From Lama glama (lineage: Eukaryota), in the NCBI GenBank assembly GCA_028534125.1, contig CM052816.1:3102001-3166000 (forward strand): DNA of 64,000 nt, written 5' to 3'. Every line of letters begins with the position of its first letter. Positions within the stretch are counted from its first letter, which is position 1. Below the pieces are notes generated by a model, which did not search any database, had not been told where the DNA came from, and saw only the letters and a list, made by a program, of their open reading frames with translations. Positions 1 through 40,259 of the stretch are shown here, piece by piece. The translations under genes were made by a program, and so were the position numbers.

Positions 1-3000
1 GCAGAATACATATTCTTCTCAAGTACTCACGAAACATTCTCTAGAATAGACCATGTGCAAGGTAACAAGAGTAAGTCACAATACATTTATAAGGACTGAA
101 ATCATACAAAGAATGTTCTTTGACCACAGTAGCATTAAGTTAGCAATCAATAATAGAAGGAAATCTGGAACATCGCCACATAGTTGGAAATTAACAACAT
201 GCTTTTAAATAACTCTTAAGTGAAAAAAGAAATTAGAAAATATCTTCTACTGAATGAACATAAAATCATGACACAGCAATATTAATAAAAAGCAGGCAAA
301 GCAGTGCATAAAGGGAAATTTGTAGCTTTAAATGCTTATATTAGAAAGGAAAGAAGATTTAAAAATCAATAACCTAAAAAATCAATTAAATAAGCTTTCA
401 CCTTAAGAAATTAGAAAAAGAAGAACAAATCAAACCTAAACTAAGCAGGACAAAGGAAATAATAAAAACTATAGCAGAAATTTAAAAATTAAAAAAACCC
501 AGCAAAACAAAAGAAAAACTTAGTGAAACTGATTATTGAGTCTTGAAAAGATTAATGAAATCAATAAAATTTTAGTGAAATGACCAAGAAAAAAAAAAGA
601 AAGAAAGAAAGAAAGAAAGAAAAGATAGAGATTACCAGAATTAGGAATGAAAAAGGAAAACTTCTGAACCCTACAGAAATTTAAAAGATCATAAAGGAAT
701 ATTATAAACAACCTTATACCAACAATTTGACAACTTAGTTGAAATGGGCAAATTCATAGACAGAAATTATCAAACTAACTCAAGAAGACATATAAAACCT
801 GAATAGACCTATGTCAAGTAAAGACATCAAATTATTTGAGTTACTTAAAAATCTTCCTACAAAGGAAAGTCCAGGCCCAGACGATGAAATCTATCAACAT
901 TTAAGAAATTGATAACACCAATCTAATACAAATCCTTCCAAAACTAGAATCGAATGGAACACTTTCCAGCTTGTTTTGCCCTGATACCAAAAATTTCAAA
1001 GATGTCACAAAGAAACTGCAGACCAATACCCATCATGACTATAAATGCTAACATTCTTAAAAGAAAAGCAATTGGATCCAGTAATGTATAAAAAAGATAA
1101 TACATTATGACCAAGTGTTGTATGTCTAACATCTGAATATCAATTAATGTAACATACATAGTATCACTAGAGTAAAGCAAGGGTCAGCAAACCACAGCCC
1201 ACAGACCAAATTTGGCATCCCTTTAATTTTTGTACATTAAATTTCATTGGAACACAATCATGCCCACTCATTTACACATTTTCTATAATTGTTTGCATGC
1301 TATAATAGTACGATTGATGGGTTGCAACAGAGATCATATAGCTCACAAGACCAAAAATATTTACTATATGGCCCTTTCTGGAAAATGTTGTTGACCCTTG
1401 GAATAAAGAACATGATAATCTCAGCCGATGTAGAAAAAGCTTTGATAAAATGTCAATACTTATAGTATATCAGAAATCAAATCATTTGCAACTACATAGA
1501 TTTAAAATGAAAAAATTTAGATGTGAATTTAAAAAAAAGAAAAAGCATCTGATAAAATTCAACAAACATTTATGATAAAGCTCTCAAGAAACCAAGAATA
1601 GGAAGAAACTTTTTAAATTTGATTAAAAGCAGCTACATAAAACCTACAACTAACATCCTGCTTAAAGATAAAAGATAAAAGACACCGTTTTCCCTCTAAC
1701 AATGGATACAAAGCAAGGATGTTCATGCTCACGACTTCTATTCCACATTGGACTTGAGCTTCTAGCCAGTGAAATAAGGCAATGCATATAAAATCAATAT
1801 ATAACCAACTAGAAATGAAATTATGAAAACAATTGCATTTATAACAGCATCAAAATAAAGTATTTACAATAAATGTAACAAGTGCAGAACTCTATGCTGA
1901 AAATTATACAACACTGTCAAGAAAAACTGAAGACCAAAATAAATGGAGATATATCCCATATCTGTAAATTGAAGACACTATTGCTTAGATGTCTATTTTT
2001 CTAAAATTGATCTACAGATTCAAAGCAATTCTTATCCAAATACCTTTTTTGGTGAAATCTGATAAGCTAAAATTTAGTATAAAATTTGTATAAAATCCAA
2101 AGGACCAACACCTGCCAACATGATTTTGAAAAAGAACTAAGTTTAAAGACTTAAATGACCTAATCCTCAAATTTACTACAAAGATATCATAATTAAGACA
2201 ATGTGGCATTGGCATAAACATAGACATTGATCAAAGGAACAGAACAGAATTCAGAAAAAGAGCCATGCATATATTGTCAATTAATTTTCAACAAAAATAC
2301 TAAGGTAATTCAATGGGAAAAGAATAGTCTTCTCAACAGATGTTACTTAAACAACTGTATGGTGGGAGGTAAGGATCTATATTCCTCCTTCACATAAAAA
2401 TTAACTTGAAATGGATCATAGTCCTAAAGGTATGCGCTAAAACTATAACTCTTCTAGAGTAAAACATGAGAGAAAAACCTTTATAACCTTAGGTTAGGTA
2501 AAGATTTATTAAATATGACCAATAGCATATTGATAATTAAGACTTCATCAAAGCTAAAAATATTATTCTTCAAAAGACACTATTAAGAATTAAAAAAAGA
2601 ATGAAAAGACAACCACTAACTGGAAGAAAATATTTGCAAAACATATATCTAATAAGGAACTCTTATCCAGAATGTATTTAGAATCCTTAAAATCAATAGT
2701 AAGAAAACCAACAACTCAATATAAACAATGCGAAAAAACTTTAATAGAACAAGGCAATGAAGATATATGAATAGCAACTAAGCACATGAAGAGATGTTCA
2801 ACATTATTCACTGTGGAAATGTAGTTTAAAATAACAACTTACTACTAAATACTACTACTATAAATATTCTACGTATACTATATTGAATGGATAAAATTTA
2901 AAAGGCTTTTGATAACCAAATGTTGAAGAAGAGGTAGAGTAACTGAGACCTTCACATATTGTGGGCAGCAACGTAAAATGGTAAATTTTGCCAAGCAGTT

Positions 3001-3620
3001 TGGCAATTTTGTAAAATGTTGTACATAAACTTCTGCTCCTAGGTGCCTACCCAAGAGAGATGCAAGCTCATGTCCCTACAAATATTTTTTATATGAATGG
3101 ACATCATATTCACAGCAGCCAAAACCTAGAAATAATGCAAATGCTAATAAACTAGTGAATTGATAAACAAACTGAGTGAGAGACATCTTACAATAAAATA
3201 TCCATGTATAATTTCATATTTCCATATAATGGAATACAGCTCTGTAATAAAGAACAAATTATTGATACATCATTAAACTTGGATGAACCTCAAAAACATG
3301 CTAAGTTAAAGAAGTCAAACATATAAGCCTACACATTATCTGATTCTATTTACATGAAATTTTTAGAGAAGTCAAAATTAGAGACAGAAAGCATACAAGC
3401 GGCTGTCTAGGGTTGAAAATGAGGGGCAGATATTGAATGAAAATGAGAACAAGGGAACTTTTTGAGTTTCCTTACCCCAACTTTCTTGAGTTGATGAAAA
3501 TGTTCTGAAGCTGGATTGTAGCAATGGTTACACAATTTTATAAATTTAATTAAAACTCATCAAATTACAGTTACATTTAACTGTAAACATGGTATAGAAA
3601 TCAAACCTTAATAAAGCAGA
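1..3620 (+). mobile_element. Old L1 (L1MB/L1MC-type) ORF2 to 3' UTR, degraded
   Basis: Colinear L1 ORF2 landmarks (gcagaatacatattcttctcaag, gatgtagaaaaagctttgataaaa, gaagagatgttcaacatta) ending near aataaagc. Confidence 0.85.
1178..1400 (+). mobile_element. MER58A-like hAT MITE inserted in the L1
   Basis: Termini caagggtcagcaaac...gttgttgacccttg; 8-bp TSD gagtaaag/gaataaag (1170-1177, 1401-1408); internal ttattggaacac-like and aaaatatttacta motifs. Confidence 0.85.
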
Positions 3621-3699
3621 TTTTTGTTCTTTTAAAAAAGATTGCTTTCTCCTCAGAATAGACTCCTCATATACTATATGCTTTGCTGTCACAGATGAT

Positions 3700-4291
3700 T
3701 GTCATATCACTTGTTCTGAATTACTAATTCAGATTGGAATATGAACTAGTTTTGCACAAAATCAGCACTAACTTGATTTACTTCTCTGCCTCTTTTATCA
3801 GCCTTTGTGCATATTGGCTGTTTTGTCAGTCATTCTCAAAGAGTGGTTTAGGGATTGACTCAGAGTGTCTGCTAGGTTAATACTACTTTCATAATAATTA
3901 TAAGACAATATTTGCCTTTTTTTATTTCATTCTCTCATGAGTGTACAGTGAAGTTTTCCAGAGCCTATGTAACATGCGAATCACAACAAACTGAAGCAGA
4001 AGCAGAAGCAGATAGGAGAATTCAATATTTTTTTTCAACTGACTCAGACATTAGATTCACAATGCCACTCTCCTAATTAGGGGAAAACATATTTTTATCA
4101 TGAAAATGTGCTATGTAATGGGTTTATTACGTGTATTTAACATGAATTGATAACTATTTTTAAGTCCTCAGGTTTTATTTGTAATATGTCAAATATTAAT
4201 ACATAAAACCACATAAATAAAAGCTCTTTGGACTCTTTAATCATGTTTGCAGGTATAAAGAGTTCCTGAGACAAAAGTTTGAGAACCACTG
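3700..4291 (+). mobile_element. Charlie1-family hAT fragment
   Basis: ctctcatgagtgtacagtgaagttttccagag motif and terminal cctgagacaaaagtttgagaaccactg. Confidence 0.7.
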
Positions 4292-4629
4292 TCCTGGTCT
4301 ACCTGCCAAGTCTAAGAACTCCTGTTTGCCACATCTGACAACAGAAGATTAGAAAGAGAATTCGGGACAGGTCTTTGAGAGATAACTTGTCTTATTTGCA
4401 AAGATCATCTGTTTCAAGATAAATCTATAGCTGTTAGGACATCATTTAGAAACGTAACAAATGATAGTACAAGATTTCTTTTTTCTTTTTCTTGGTGACA
4501 TTTAATGGAAACAAACACAAGGGTAGTAAAAGGAGAGGCATAAACACACAAAGGCACAAACAAAAAACACCTAGCATAAGAGTATGCCCTTAATATAGTG
4601 AATACTATTTTATTTTTAGACTATGGCAA

Positions 4630-5340
4630 TCCTTACTCATTCAACAAGTATTTCCTGAATGTCTGCTGTATTCCAGGCTCTATGATAGGTATTGGAGATT
4701 TAGTACTGAGTAAAACACAGTCTGCCCTCAAGGATTTTACAATCAACTGTGGGAGACAGCAGAATAATGACATGAAGAAGTATGTAATTACAAATTGAGG
4801 TTTAAAAGAAGTGATAGAAGTATAAGTTCCTAAGGGAGATTTGACTTGATTTTTCAGAGTCAGAAAACATATATTTGAGAAAGTACCAGCTGAGCTGCAA
4901 TTTGAAATATGAGCAGGAGGCATTAAGGAGGCACAAGGGAGGAACAGCATGGAGGGCATAGTCAAAATTCTTTGAAGTAAGAGAAAGAATGATGAGGGGC
5001 CAGTGTGGCTAAAGCCTACAGAGCCAGGATTGAGAGAGAAGTAGCAGAATGAGAGCCCAAGCCATTTGGGGATTTATGGGCTTTGCCAAGTGTTAGACCT
5101 TTACTGTGTGGCCCGTGGAGAGCCGTGAGAAGATTTAGGCAAGCGGGGTGTGACAGGACTAGATTTGTATTTTTGAAAGATGCCTGGCAGCTGGCGCTTA
5201 GTGGGACAAGAATGAAAAGCAAGGAGACTATGTACAGAACTACAACAATACCCAGGTGAAAGATGATATACACTCAGAATTGAGTAATGGCAGGGGAAAC
5301 TGAATTAAGTGGATGAATCTGGGATGTATTTTGCAAGTAG
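4630..5340 (-). mobile_element. L2 LINE remnant
   Basis: Reverse-oriented L2 3' end (tcattcaacaagtatttcctgaatgtctgctgtattccaggc) and typical L2 body. Confidence 0.7.
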
Positions 5341-5594
5341 GGCCCACAGGCGTCGTGATTATTTTAAAGTTTAACTCCACAGTAATCGCACAGCAAGATC
5401 GGCTAATGCAGTTACTGAGCTGTTGCAAAATTTCCCCCTTTCCCCCTCGGCACAGATCCAAAGTCCCCGGCGAGGGCCGGGGTCGATGGTGTATTCTGGC
5501 AGCACAAATCGCCCGTACAAAGCCCAGTTCCCCAGCCCTTGTGAAGGACTCACTTGACTTTATCCCCTGGAGGTCAGCAGCCTGGAACCGCCCC

Positions 5595-5616
5595 GTTCCC
5601 TGGGCAACGCCATTGT
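5595..5616. promoter_or_regulatory. RFX X-box GTTCCCTGGGCAAC (5595-5608) next to SOX motif CATTGT (5611-5616)
   Basis: Near-match to the X-box consensus GTNRCC-N0-3-RGYAAC and an exact ACAATG on the minus strand. Confidence 0.5.
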
Positions 5617-5795
5617 CAGGTGCTCCGGGCGAGGGAGGGGGTAACTAAGGACAACGGCCGGAAGAGAACTCCGGCAGAGAGGGAGAGTCAGAGCGGGAAA
5701 ATGGGCCGCACATGCCGCGGCCTCGGCCATCGCAGCTGATTCGACGGCCGGGCACGAGGGGAGAGCGGAGGGCGGGAGAGGCCAGAGAACGCGCC

Positions 5796-5913
5796 TGTGA
5801 TTGGCGGGCCGCGGGTACTGGGACGCTTGTGATTGGGCGAGGCCAAGAACGAGGGCTGCTTTTTGAACCGCGTAGGGTTCTGGGTACCAAAGGCCTTGGA
5901 AGGGTCTTAACTG
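5796..5913 (+). promoter_or_regulatory. Core promoter: two inverted CCAAT boxes (ATTGG 5800-5804, 5832-5836), CHR TTTGAA (5862-5867), MYB site TAACTG (5908-5913)
   Basis: Motifs read directly from the sequence. TGTGATTGG occurs twice at 32-bp spacing, as is typical of NF-Y/CHR promoters. Confidence 0.65.
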
Positions 5914-5995
5914 AAAGTGGGAGGGGGAGGCCGCCAACAAACGGCTGAGCTCACAATCCGGACCGGTACCAGGCCGGGGCGTCCCCTTACCCCCA

Positions 5996-33060
<27,065 letters not shown>

Positions 33061-33740
33061 TCCTAAAACAAACACGCACAGAAAATAAACACTTCTTAAA
33101 ATATATTCAGGGTCGGTTGGTGTGAGAGAAAAAGCCTAGAATGCTTCGCTGAGAGTTTTCAGCCATGGTCTGAGGAGTCAAAACCAAATGCAGTTTATAC
33201 CTTCATAAAGCTTTGATTAGTGAAACTGCAGTCCTGATGGGTCTTCGTAGGAATATTTAAGATACGAAGTGGTTTATTTTTATGGCTGAAATTTGCATCA
33301 ACATATATTATCATTACCTTATCTTGGAATATGAAAATATCAAATCCTCACAATTCTATGTGAGGGGAACGGGAGTATATAAGCTGGTGTCCGTGTGATT
33401 TGTATTTTTCTCAGGATACATTTATTTATTTTTCTTATATAATTTTGTGTTTGGTGTTTATGTAATATTTATGGATGTTTCAGTTTTTATGTAACATTTT
33501 GAAAATATTTTGATAACTTTTAGTAGTGAATTGGGACTCAGTTACTAAATTTAATTTACACTAATAACCAGTTACAAGTTGCAAATGTGTTTAATGGCAC
33601 CTGAGTAACTCCTCTAGCTAAATTAATAATTTCTGTTCCTAAACATTTTCATCACCATTTTTGGATATCTTTTTCCATTTGGTACTTGTTGTTTTACTTT
33701 TGTTATAATTTAAATAAACATAGAGAAAATTGTTCTTGTT
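33061..33740 (+). other. SOX30 3' UTR with distal poly(A) signal AATAAA (33713-33718)
   Basis: AU-rich sequence after the stop; the AATAAA is followed by a GU-rich downstream element (ttgttcttgttggatgttttgtttgggg). A second AATAAA lies at 33084-33089. Confidence 0.65.
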
Positions 33741-34669
33741 GGATGTTTTGTTTGGGGGATAGAAATAAGCAAAATGAGTATTTGTGGGGATGGTTTCCAC
33801 ACCACATGCAGATATTTATTTTTACATAATAGTCTCTAAAATTGTACAGATACTATTAGCGTACCTGAAACTTAAAACTGTATCAACAAAGATGGTGTGC
33901 ACATATTCTGATGCCATTTCCGAACTCTCTACACATGTGTGCCTATGACTTAAACACTCCCCTAAATGGAAGAGTTCCTCCACATTTGGTTCAAACAGCT
34001 GTCTTCGAAACCATGGAGTTCATTTAAGCACACGGGGAATTCAATTCACTGTAAGCAAAAAACTCCTTTTTGCAAGATGACCTCTTGGTAAGTGCCTGCT
34101 TATGGATGGAGAGAACCATTTTAGAGAAGGATCAGGACCACCAGAGTTGGGATCAGGGTGAAAAAGATCTACAAGGCACAAAGTGAATTGATGATCAGAA
34201 ATAGCCACAATCTAATAAATTCCCTCAGTGATCTGTATAATTTATGCAAATTGAGATCTTGTTCCTTAAAACTGCTTGGAAATTGTGTGTGGAAAGCTGT
34301 TCTAAGCTTCTAGCTTCTTCCTTTATTATACCTGTATTTGTTCCTTAAGCAGAGGCTGTTAATGTAATACATTTCATCAACCATATACTTAATTGTATGT
34401 AACATTTCCTCTTCCCAATAAAATTTTTTTCATATTTTATATTTATTATTACTTTGTGCAATATCATTTGAATGTGGTTAAAGACCAAAATTTGCATTTC
34501 TTGGTAGAGAGAAAACATGTAACTTCAAATCAGAACTAAAGCACATTTGACACATACACCATGAAGGAGGTCTACACTATAGTATGTGACAGTCTGAGCC
34601 ATTTTACCCCATCTTATTTTAATAACACTTTAGTGATTAAACTGGGTTTTGATCACAGACCTTAGTCTT

Positions 34670-35111
34670 TTTTTAATTGAAGTATAGCTTATTTACAATA
34701 TTATGTTAGTTTCAGGTGCACAACACAGTGATTCAGTATTTTTATTGAATATTTTTATTCAATATTTTAAAGTTATTAAAAATATTGGCTATATTCCCTG
34801 TGCCATACAATATACATTTGTAGCTTATTTTATGCATAGTATTTTGTACTTCCTAGTCCCTTACCCCTATCTTGACCCTCCCCACTTCCCTCTCCCCACT
34901 GGTAACCACTAGTTTATTCTCTATATCTGTGAGTCTGTTTCTGTTTTGCTGTATTTATTCATCTTAGTTTTCAGATTCCACATATAAGAGATAACATACT
35001 GTGTTTGTTTTTCTCTGTCTGACTTAATTCGTTAAGCATAATACCTTTCAGGTCCATCCATGTTGTTGCAAATGGCAGAATTTTATTCCTTTTTTATGGC
35101 TGCGTAATGTT

Positions 35112-35160
<49 letters not shown>

Positions 35161-35495
35161 TCTTTATCCACTTATCTGTTGATGGTCGCTTGGGTTGCTT
35201 CCGTATCTTGGCTTTTGTAAATAATGCTGCTATGAACATTGGGGTGCATATATATTTTCAGACTAATTTTTTCATTTTCTTTGATGTATACCCAGGAATG
35301 GAACTGCTAGATCATATGGTGCTCTATTTTTAGTTTTCTGAGGAACTTTCATATTGTTTTCCATAGTGGCTTCACCAGTTTACATTGCTACTAACAGTGT
35401 ACGAGGGTTCCCTTTTCTCCACATCTGTGCCAACAGTTACTATTTGTAGATTTTTTGATGATAGCCATTCTGAGAGGTGTGAGGCAGTCTCTCCA
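34670..35495 (-). mobile_element. 5'-truncated L1 3' end
   Basis: T-tract then L1 3' UTR in reverse; TSD acagaccttagtctt/acagaccttgttctt (34655-34669, 35496-35510; 13/15). Confidence 0.88.
35114..35157. repeat. (TG)22 microsatellite
   Basis: Perfect dinucleotide run inside the L1. Confidence 0.97.
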
Positions 35496-36179
35496 ACAGA
35501 CCTTGTTCTTACAGACAAATCTGTTGGGGGAATCCCTGTGTAAGGCAGTGGAATGATAGCATAGTTCAGTGTTTTCTAGCTGTCTGTCTTCAGGTTAGTC
35601 CTGCACTGCAGATTCCTTCCCCAGTCTACTTTGTAATGGCTGTTGAGTCTAGGCAACACTTAATCTTCCTCCTCTTCCTCAGTGCTGCAGTTAGAAGTCA
35701 GTTGAGATTGTTTACAGATCCACAATATAATTTGGGCTGGGAAATGAGCTCTTATGTGCAAAAAAAATCTGATTGCAGTTACACATGTCTAGCTACAAAT
35801 GCCCAAATCTTCTCATTTATAGCTTCTCATAGACTAAACAAAGCCCTGCCCCGTTGGAACCCATTCATTTGCCTCTCCAAGTCATCAAAGTGAAATTCTC
35901 TAAGCCTGAAGCCACAAGCACTTTCTACTAGGTCTCAATGCTTTGTTCTTATTATAAATTGGAGGTAACCATACTTTGAACAAGAATAACCTTTTAGAGT
36001 GTGTTGAAATGTCAGAACACTTAGAATGTCACTCAGACTGTTCTTCCGTGCTTTAGACAAAGCTGCTCTTCCTAGTTGTGAATAAAACTCTTTTCACTGC
36101 AAATAGATTGAAAATAGATTTAGTCCCAACTTTAAAGTAGCTGAATTACCAAATTTAGAAAGTCAAGAGCAGTCTTTCT

Positions 36180-36430
36180 CTAAGGCTGTTAGTTGGAACA
36201 CAAGCCTTTTAGATATTCTGACAAAGTTTGGTCAGATAAATTTGGGAAACTTACACCGTGTCCCCACTTTGCAGAGTGTCAATGTCCATTATCATTGTAA
36301 AGGTTCTCAAAAATCTTGCCATGAAGAAACGTGTTGAGCTCTATGTATCTCAGTACTCCCCTAACTTAGCTTGAGTACCCCTATTTTGTTTTAAGATAAT
36401 TTCTACTAACAGAATCCACTTCGGAAAATC
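36180..36430. mobile_element. Charlie4-like hAT remnant
   Basis: aaatttgggaaac...aatgtccattatcattgtaaaggttctcaaaaatcttgccatgaagaaac. Confidence 0.5.
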
Positions 36431-37469
36431 CTCCTTACAGCTGGTTGCTTCGGTTTTCAGTTGTTGACTTCACATGTGGTTTTCTGCATTGATCACCTTA
36501 AATCTTTTACTGAAAGAAGGTAGTGTCTAAATCAACTGTTTTCTACATCAAGTATCTGATGGTCTTAAGAGATTGAAGAGCTGAAGTTTAGAGCTTTTCT
36601 AAATTTCAATTGTCTATGAATCTGGCTTTTTAATGAAAGTTGATATTGCACCCAAGAATTCAAGTGGGCAAATGTGCTTAATTCCCACACAAGTGCATTT
36701 TTCACAGTGAAAACCAGCTGTTAGAGGAGTTATTCCTGAGCCAAAAGTACAAGCTACTTTTGAAAGTTCTAATTTGGAACTGATTTCAAAATGAAATCCT
36801 GGGGTTCTATGAACTACTTGCAATATTTTAAAGTAGTATAATTTTGACGTGAACAGCGTAATTCTGAAAAGTCAGTCCTACACGTTAGAACAGACTCTGC
36901 TGAGGAACATCCTTTTTAAGCTTTTTGAATCATCTTAACTTTTTACGATTTTAGAGAAATTCTGCGGGCTTCACAATAAAACTACTTTTCTGAAAACAAA
37001 TATAGAAGGAGTTACTTTCTCTCTAACTCTCCTTGATGAAAAATTCCACATCTTCTAGACAGATCTACTCTTTATCTCTACGTTCTGGATTCTAACTGCC
37101 TGACCCAAATTTACATGCCTCCTTTCTAATGAGTAACACACACAAATCTTACTAAACTTTTCACTAAATGATGAATGCTTGTAGAAAAAGTGGGGAAATT
37201 GCGGTATAGGAAAATGACTGTTTGATGCACCTTTATACCTCTGGCTCCTCTGAAACCTGAACTTCAGGGAGATGTTTTATTTCTTAAAAATGATTTGAAC
37301 AGCATCTTACATATACTATTTTCCAAAGGATGACCTTCTAAAAGCTACATTTTTGTTTGTGTTCCCTGGGACACTGTAAAGGCTGATAACCCCTCCTGGA
37401 AAAGGCTGATAAACCTCCTTTTCTTTTAAGCTGTGCATAATTACATGGGTAATAGGCAATGGGAAAGTA

Positions 37470-37597
37470 TAGAGTGACTACCCGTCCTGGTTTGCTCAGT
37501 ACTGAGGGGCAGGGTGAGGGTGGGGCGGTCCCAGGGCCTAGGACTTTCGGTGCTAAAACCAGAAAACTGAGCAACCTGAGACAAGCTGGTCACCCTA
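37470..37597. mobile_element. MER81-like hAT-Blackjack MITE
   Basis: Inverted termini tagagtgacta...ggtcacccta with internal ggactttcggtgctaaaacc. Confidence 0.75.
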
Positions 37598-38989
37598 ATG
37601 AATAAAATGATTATAGCATCCTCTGGATCTGTGCAGATCTATGCTTGTGCAGACTGCACTGTGCAGACAGAGTGTGAAATTGCTGTGCTTCACTCACAAA
37701 GGCAGGTTGTAACTGAACTTCTATCAGGCCTGTTAGAAAGGCACAGGATAAGTTACAGGGTGCATGGAAACTGTAAAAGAACTGAAGATACATAACTGTT
37801 AGTACCTGGGGTGCTTTTATCAAGACATCTTCAAGTTTACTTGGAAGACCAGAAGAGAAATGACCAAAGCTGTACCTTTTAGTGATATTTCACTTTATAA
37901 ACCAGAAAGAGAAAGCATTTTTGTTAATATGGAATCTTTGTTTTAAACTTTCTTACCATTTCCCCAGCAATGATAGAGGAATATTGGCCAGAGTCTTTAG
38001 CACAATGTAAAGCTGGACTGCTTTGGCCCAGATAATGTTCCAACTTTATACCTTTTTAGGTGTCTCTGAGACACTAGCGATGGTGGTGGTTTTCAAATGT
38101 GGTCAGTGCACTGCTTCCAACAAAATGACTTGAGATGCTTGTTTAAAATGCAGCCGTTCCCTAGATCTATAGAATCATCATCTTGCTGGCTACAGCCTGG
38201 GAATATGCATTTTAAACAAGCTCTTCAGGTGATTCCTAAGTACTCCTGCCTTTGACATCATGTAAAGTTTGCAAGACTTGTTTAAAATCTTATTTGTTAT
38301 GAAAACAATATAACTGCAATAACAGAATTTTCAGAGAAGAAAAAACCTTTCATCCTTACAGTAATTGTTTTTATTTTATGATGATCTTCCTATATATGCC
38401 CATATACACACATTTTCACACAGTTGTAATCACAACACTCACAGTTTTGCATATCCACAAATTTGCATTTCCTCAATATTTTTTCATGAGCTGTTTTTCA
38501 TACTCTATAGCTTCATAAATGATGACCTTTCATGTTTGCATAATATTGCTTCAGGCGGATGTGCCATAATTAATCATATGAAAGGGTTAGGATTGCGGTT
38601 TCTTCCAAATTGGTTTCAGTAATTTGTCCTAATAAATTTCAATGGTGAGCTTTCAGAGTGAGCTCTCTTAGAAACCAGAGGAAGGGGGTATCTCTGAGCA
38701 GCCATGACTTTGGTGACATGATGAGTTTTAATGTCATTTTAGATCTGAACGCTGAATGGCTAGGACAGGCTCATCCTAGGTGGACTTTGGGTCACAACAT
38801 GAAGGATGATGAACATAGCAAGTGGAAAGAAAAGTGCTGCATGGTGACCTTTCTGCCAAGGAGGAACATACCAGCCCCTCTTTCTGGACAGCCTTGGCTT
38901 TGCAGCTTCCCCTGTCTTAATTGCTACTGGCTCTTCATCTCTCAGTTTAGAGATCTGCCAATTTTCTCCCAGTGGCTGCTCTCCTTTTC

Positions 38990-39385
38990 TTTTTTAGTAG
39001 CAGAGCCCTATATTTTTAGCTATGCTTCATCTCTTAAAGCAAGGTGTGGTCAAGTACCTAAATTCTCAACTATAAGATGTCAATGGAAGTTCCATGTGCA
39101 ACTTCCATAAAATACCCTCAGAAGAAGAAGTTATACCTTTCTTTGCCCTGTTGTCCTTTCTGCTGGCAGGAATATGGAAGCGATGGCTGGAATCTGAGCA
39201 ACCATCTTGGACCAGATAGGCCTCATGCTGAGGATGGTAGAAAAACAAGAGAGGAGTCTAAGGCACCATACCAGCACTGAATTACTTTCCCTTTTATATG
39301 AGAGAAAAGTGAATTTTGAACTAGTTTAATCCACTGTAATTTTGTGTTTTCTGCCACATGCATCTGAACCAAATTCTAACTCACT
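38990..39385 (+). mobile_element. MLT1-family (MaLR) LTR remnant
   Basis: gatggctggaatctgagcaaccatcttggaccag and terminal ccactgtaattttgtgttttctgccacatgcatctgaacc. Confidence 0.6.
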
Positions 39386-40259
39386 GAGAATTCTTCCTCT
39401 CCGGAAAGTTTTCTCTAACACTCAGAGACTAAATTAGTTGTTCCTGCTTTGCATCCCCACAATAACTTCATTTATATCTCCTGCTGCAATCTAAGCCCCT
39501 TGAGGGCCATCTAGGGCAAATGTCCTAGAAACCAGAAAAATAAATATAGGGTGGCTAACAGAATACAGTCCTGTGTTCTCAGCCTAGTGACTAATGGAAT
39601 TCATAAGCTGCCTGATAAGCACTGCTTCCCATGATTGATCGCCCATTAGAATTTCCAGCGAACTTAAAAAAAAAAACCCTGGATCTACAGAATTTGAATA
39701 TTTTAGGATGGGAGCTGGCAGTCTGCATCTTTAAAGACTCCCTCAGTTAATTCGGTAGCCCACCAGGCAGTGATTCACAAAATGGCATTTGGTAGCTATG
39801 AAACAGTGTCAGGATTCTCCTCCCAGCAATATTCCACTTTCTTTTCCTCTCTCTGTCTTCTTCGTGTCATTTTAAGAGCTAATAGTTCAGTGTCTTTCCA
39901 AGCTCAAGTTTAATGTAATTCTTGAGCTTTCTTTAATTTGAGAATGGCTCCGAAAACACAAAGGGGTGGAGAGAGATTAACCAGCAAGGTTTTTATACTA
40001 ATAATCATTATAATTTCATTTTTCAAAACATTTATCAACAAATGTAATTATCTCATTTATTTGTTTCCTTATTTATTTTCTCCCTTCCAACCATGGCAAG
40101 AAGCTCCAAGAGAACAGGGACATGGTTTTTCTTGCTTGATTCATTATTCTTAACACTTAGCACTGTGCCTGCAATGTATTACATGCTCAATAAATAATTT
40201 TTGGATTATTTTTTTTCTCATTCCAACACATTTTAAAAATTTACTTAAATTTTTTAAAA

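Noticed and set aside
5712..5948. 78-aa upstream ORF before SOX30
   Set aside because: Its ATG lies upstream of the CCAAT/CHR core promoter, so it is probably not in the main transcript.
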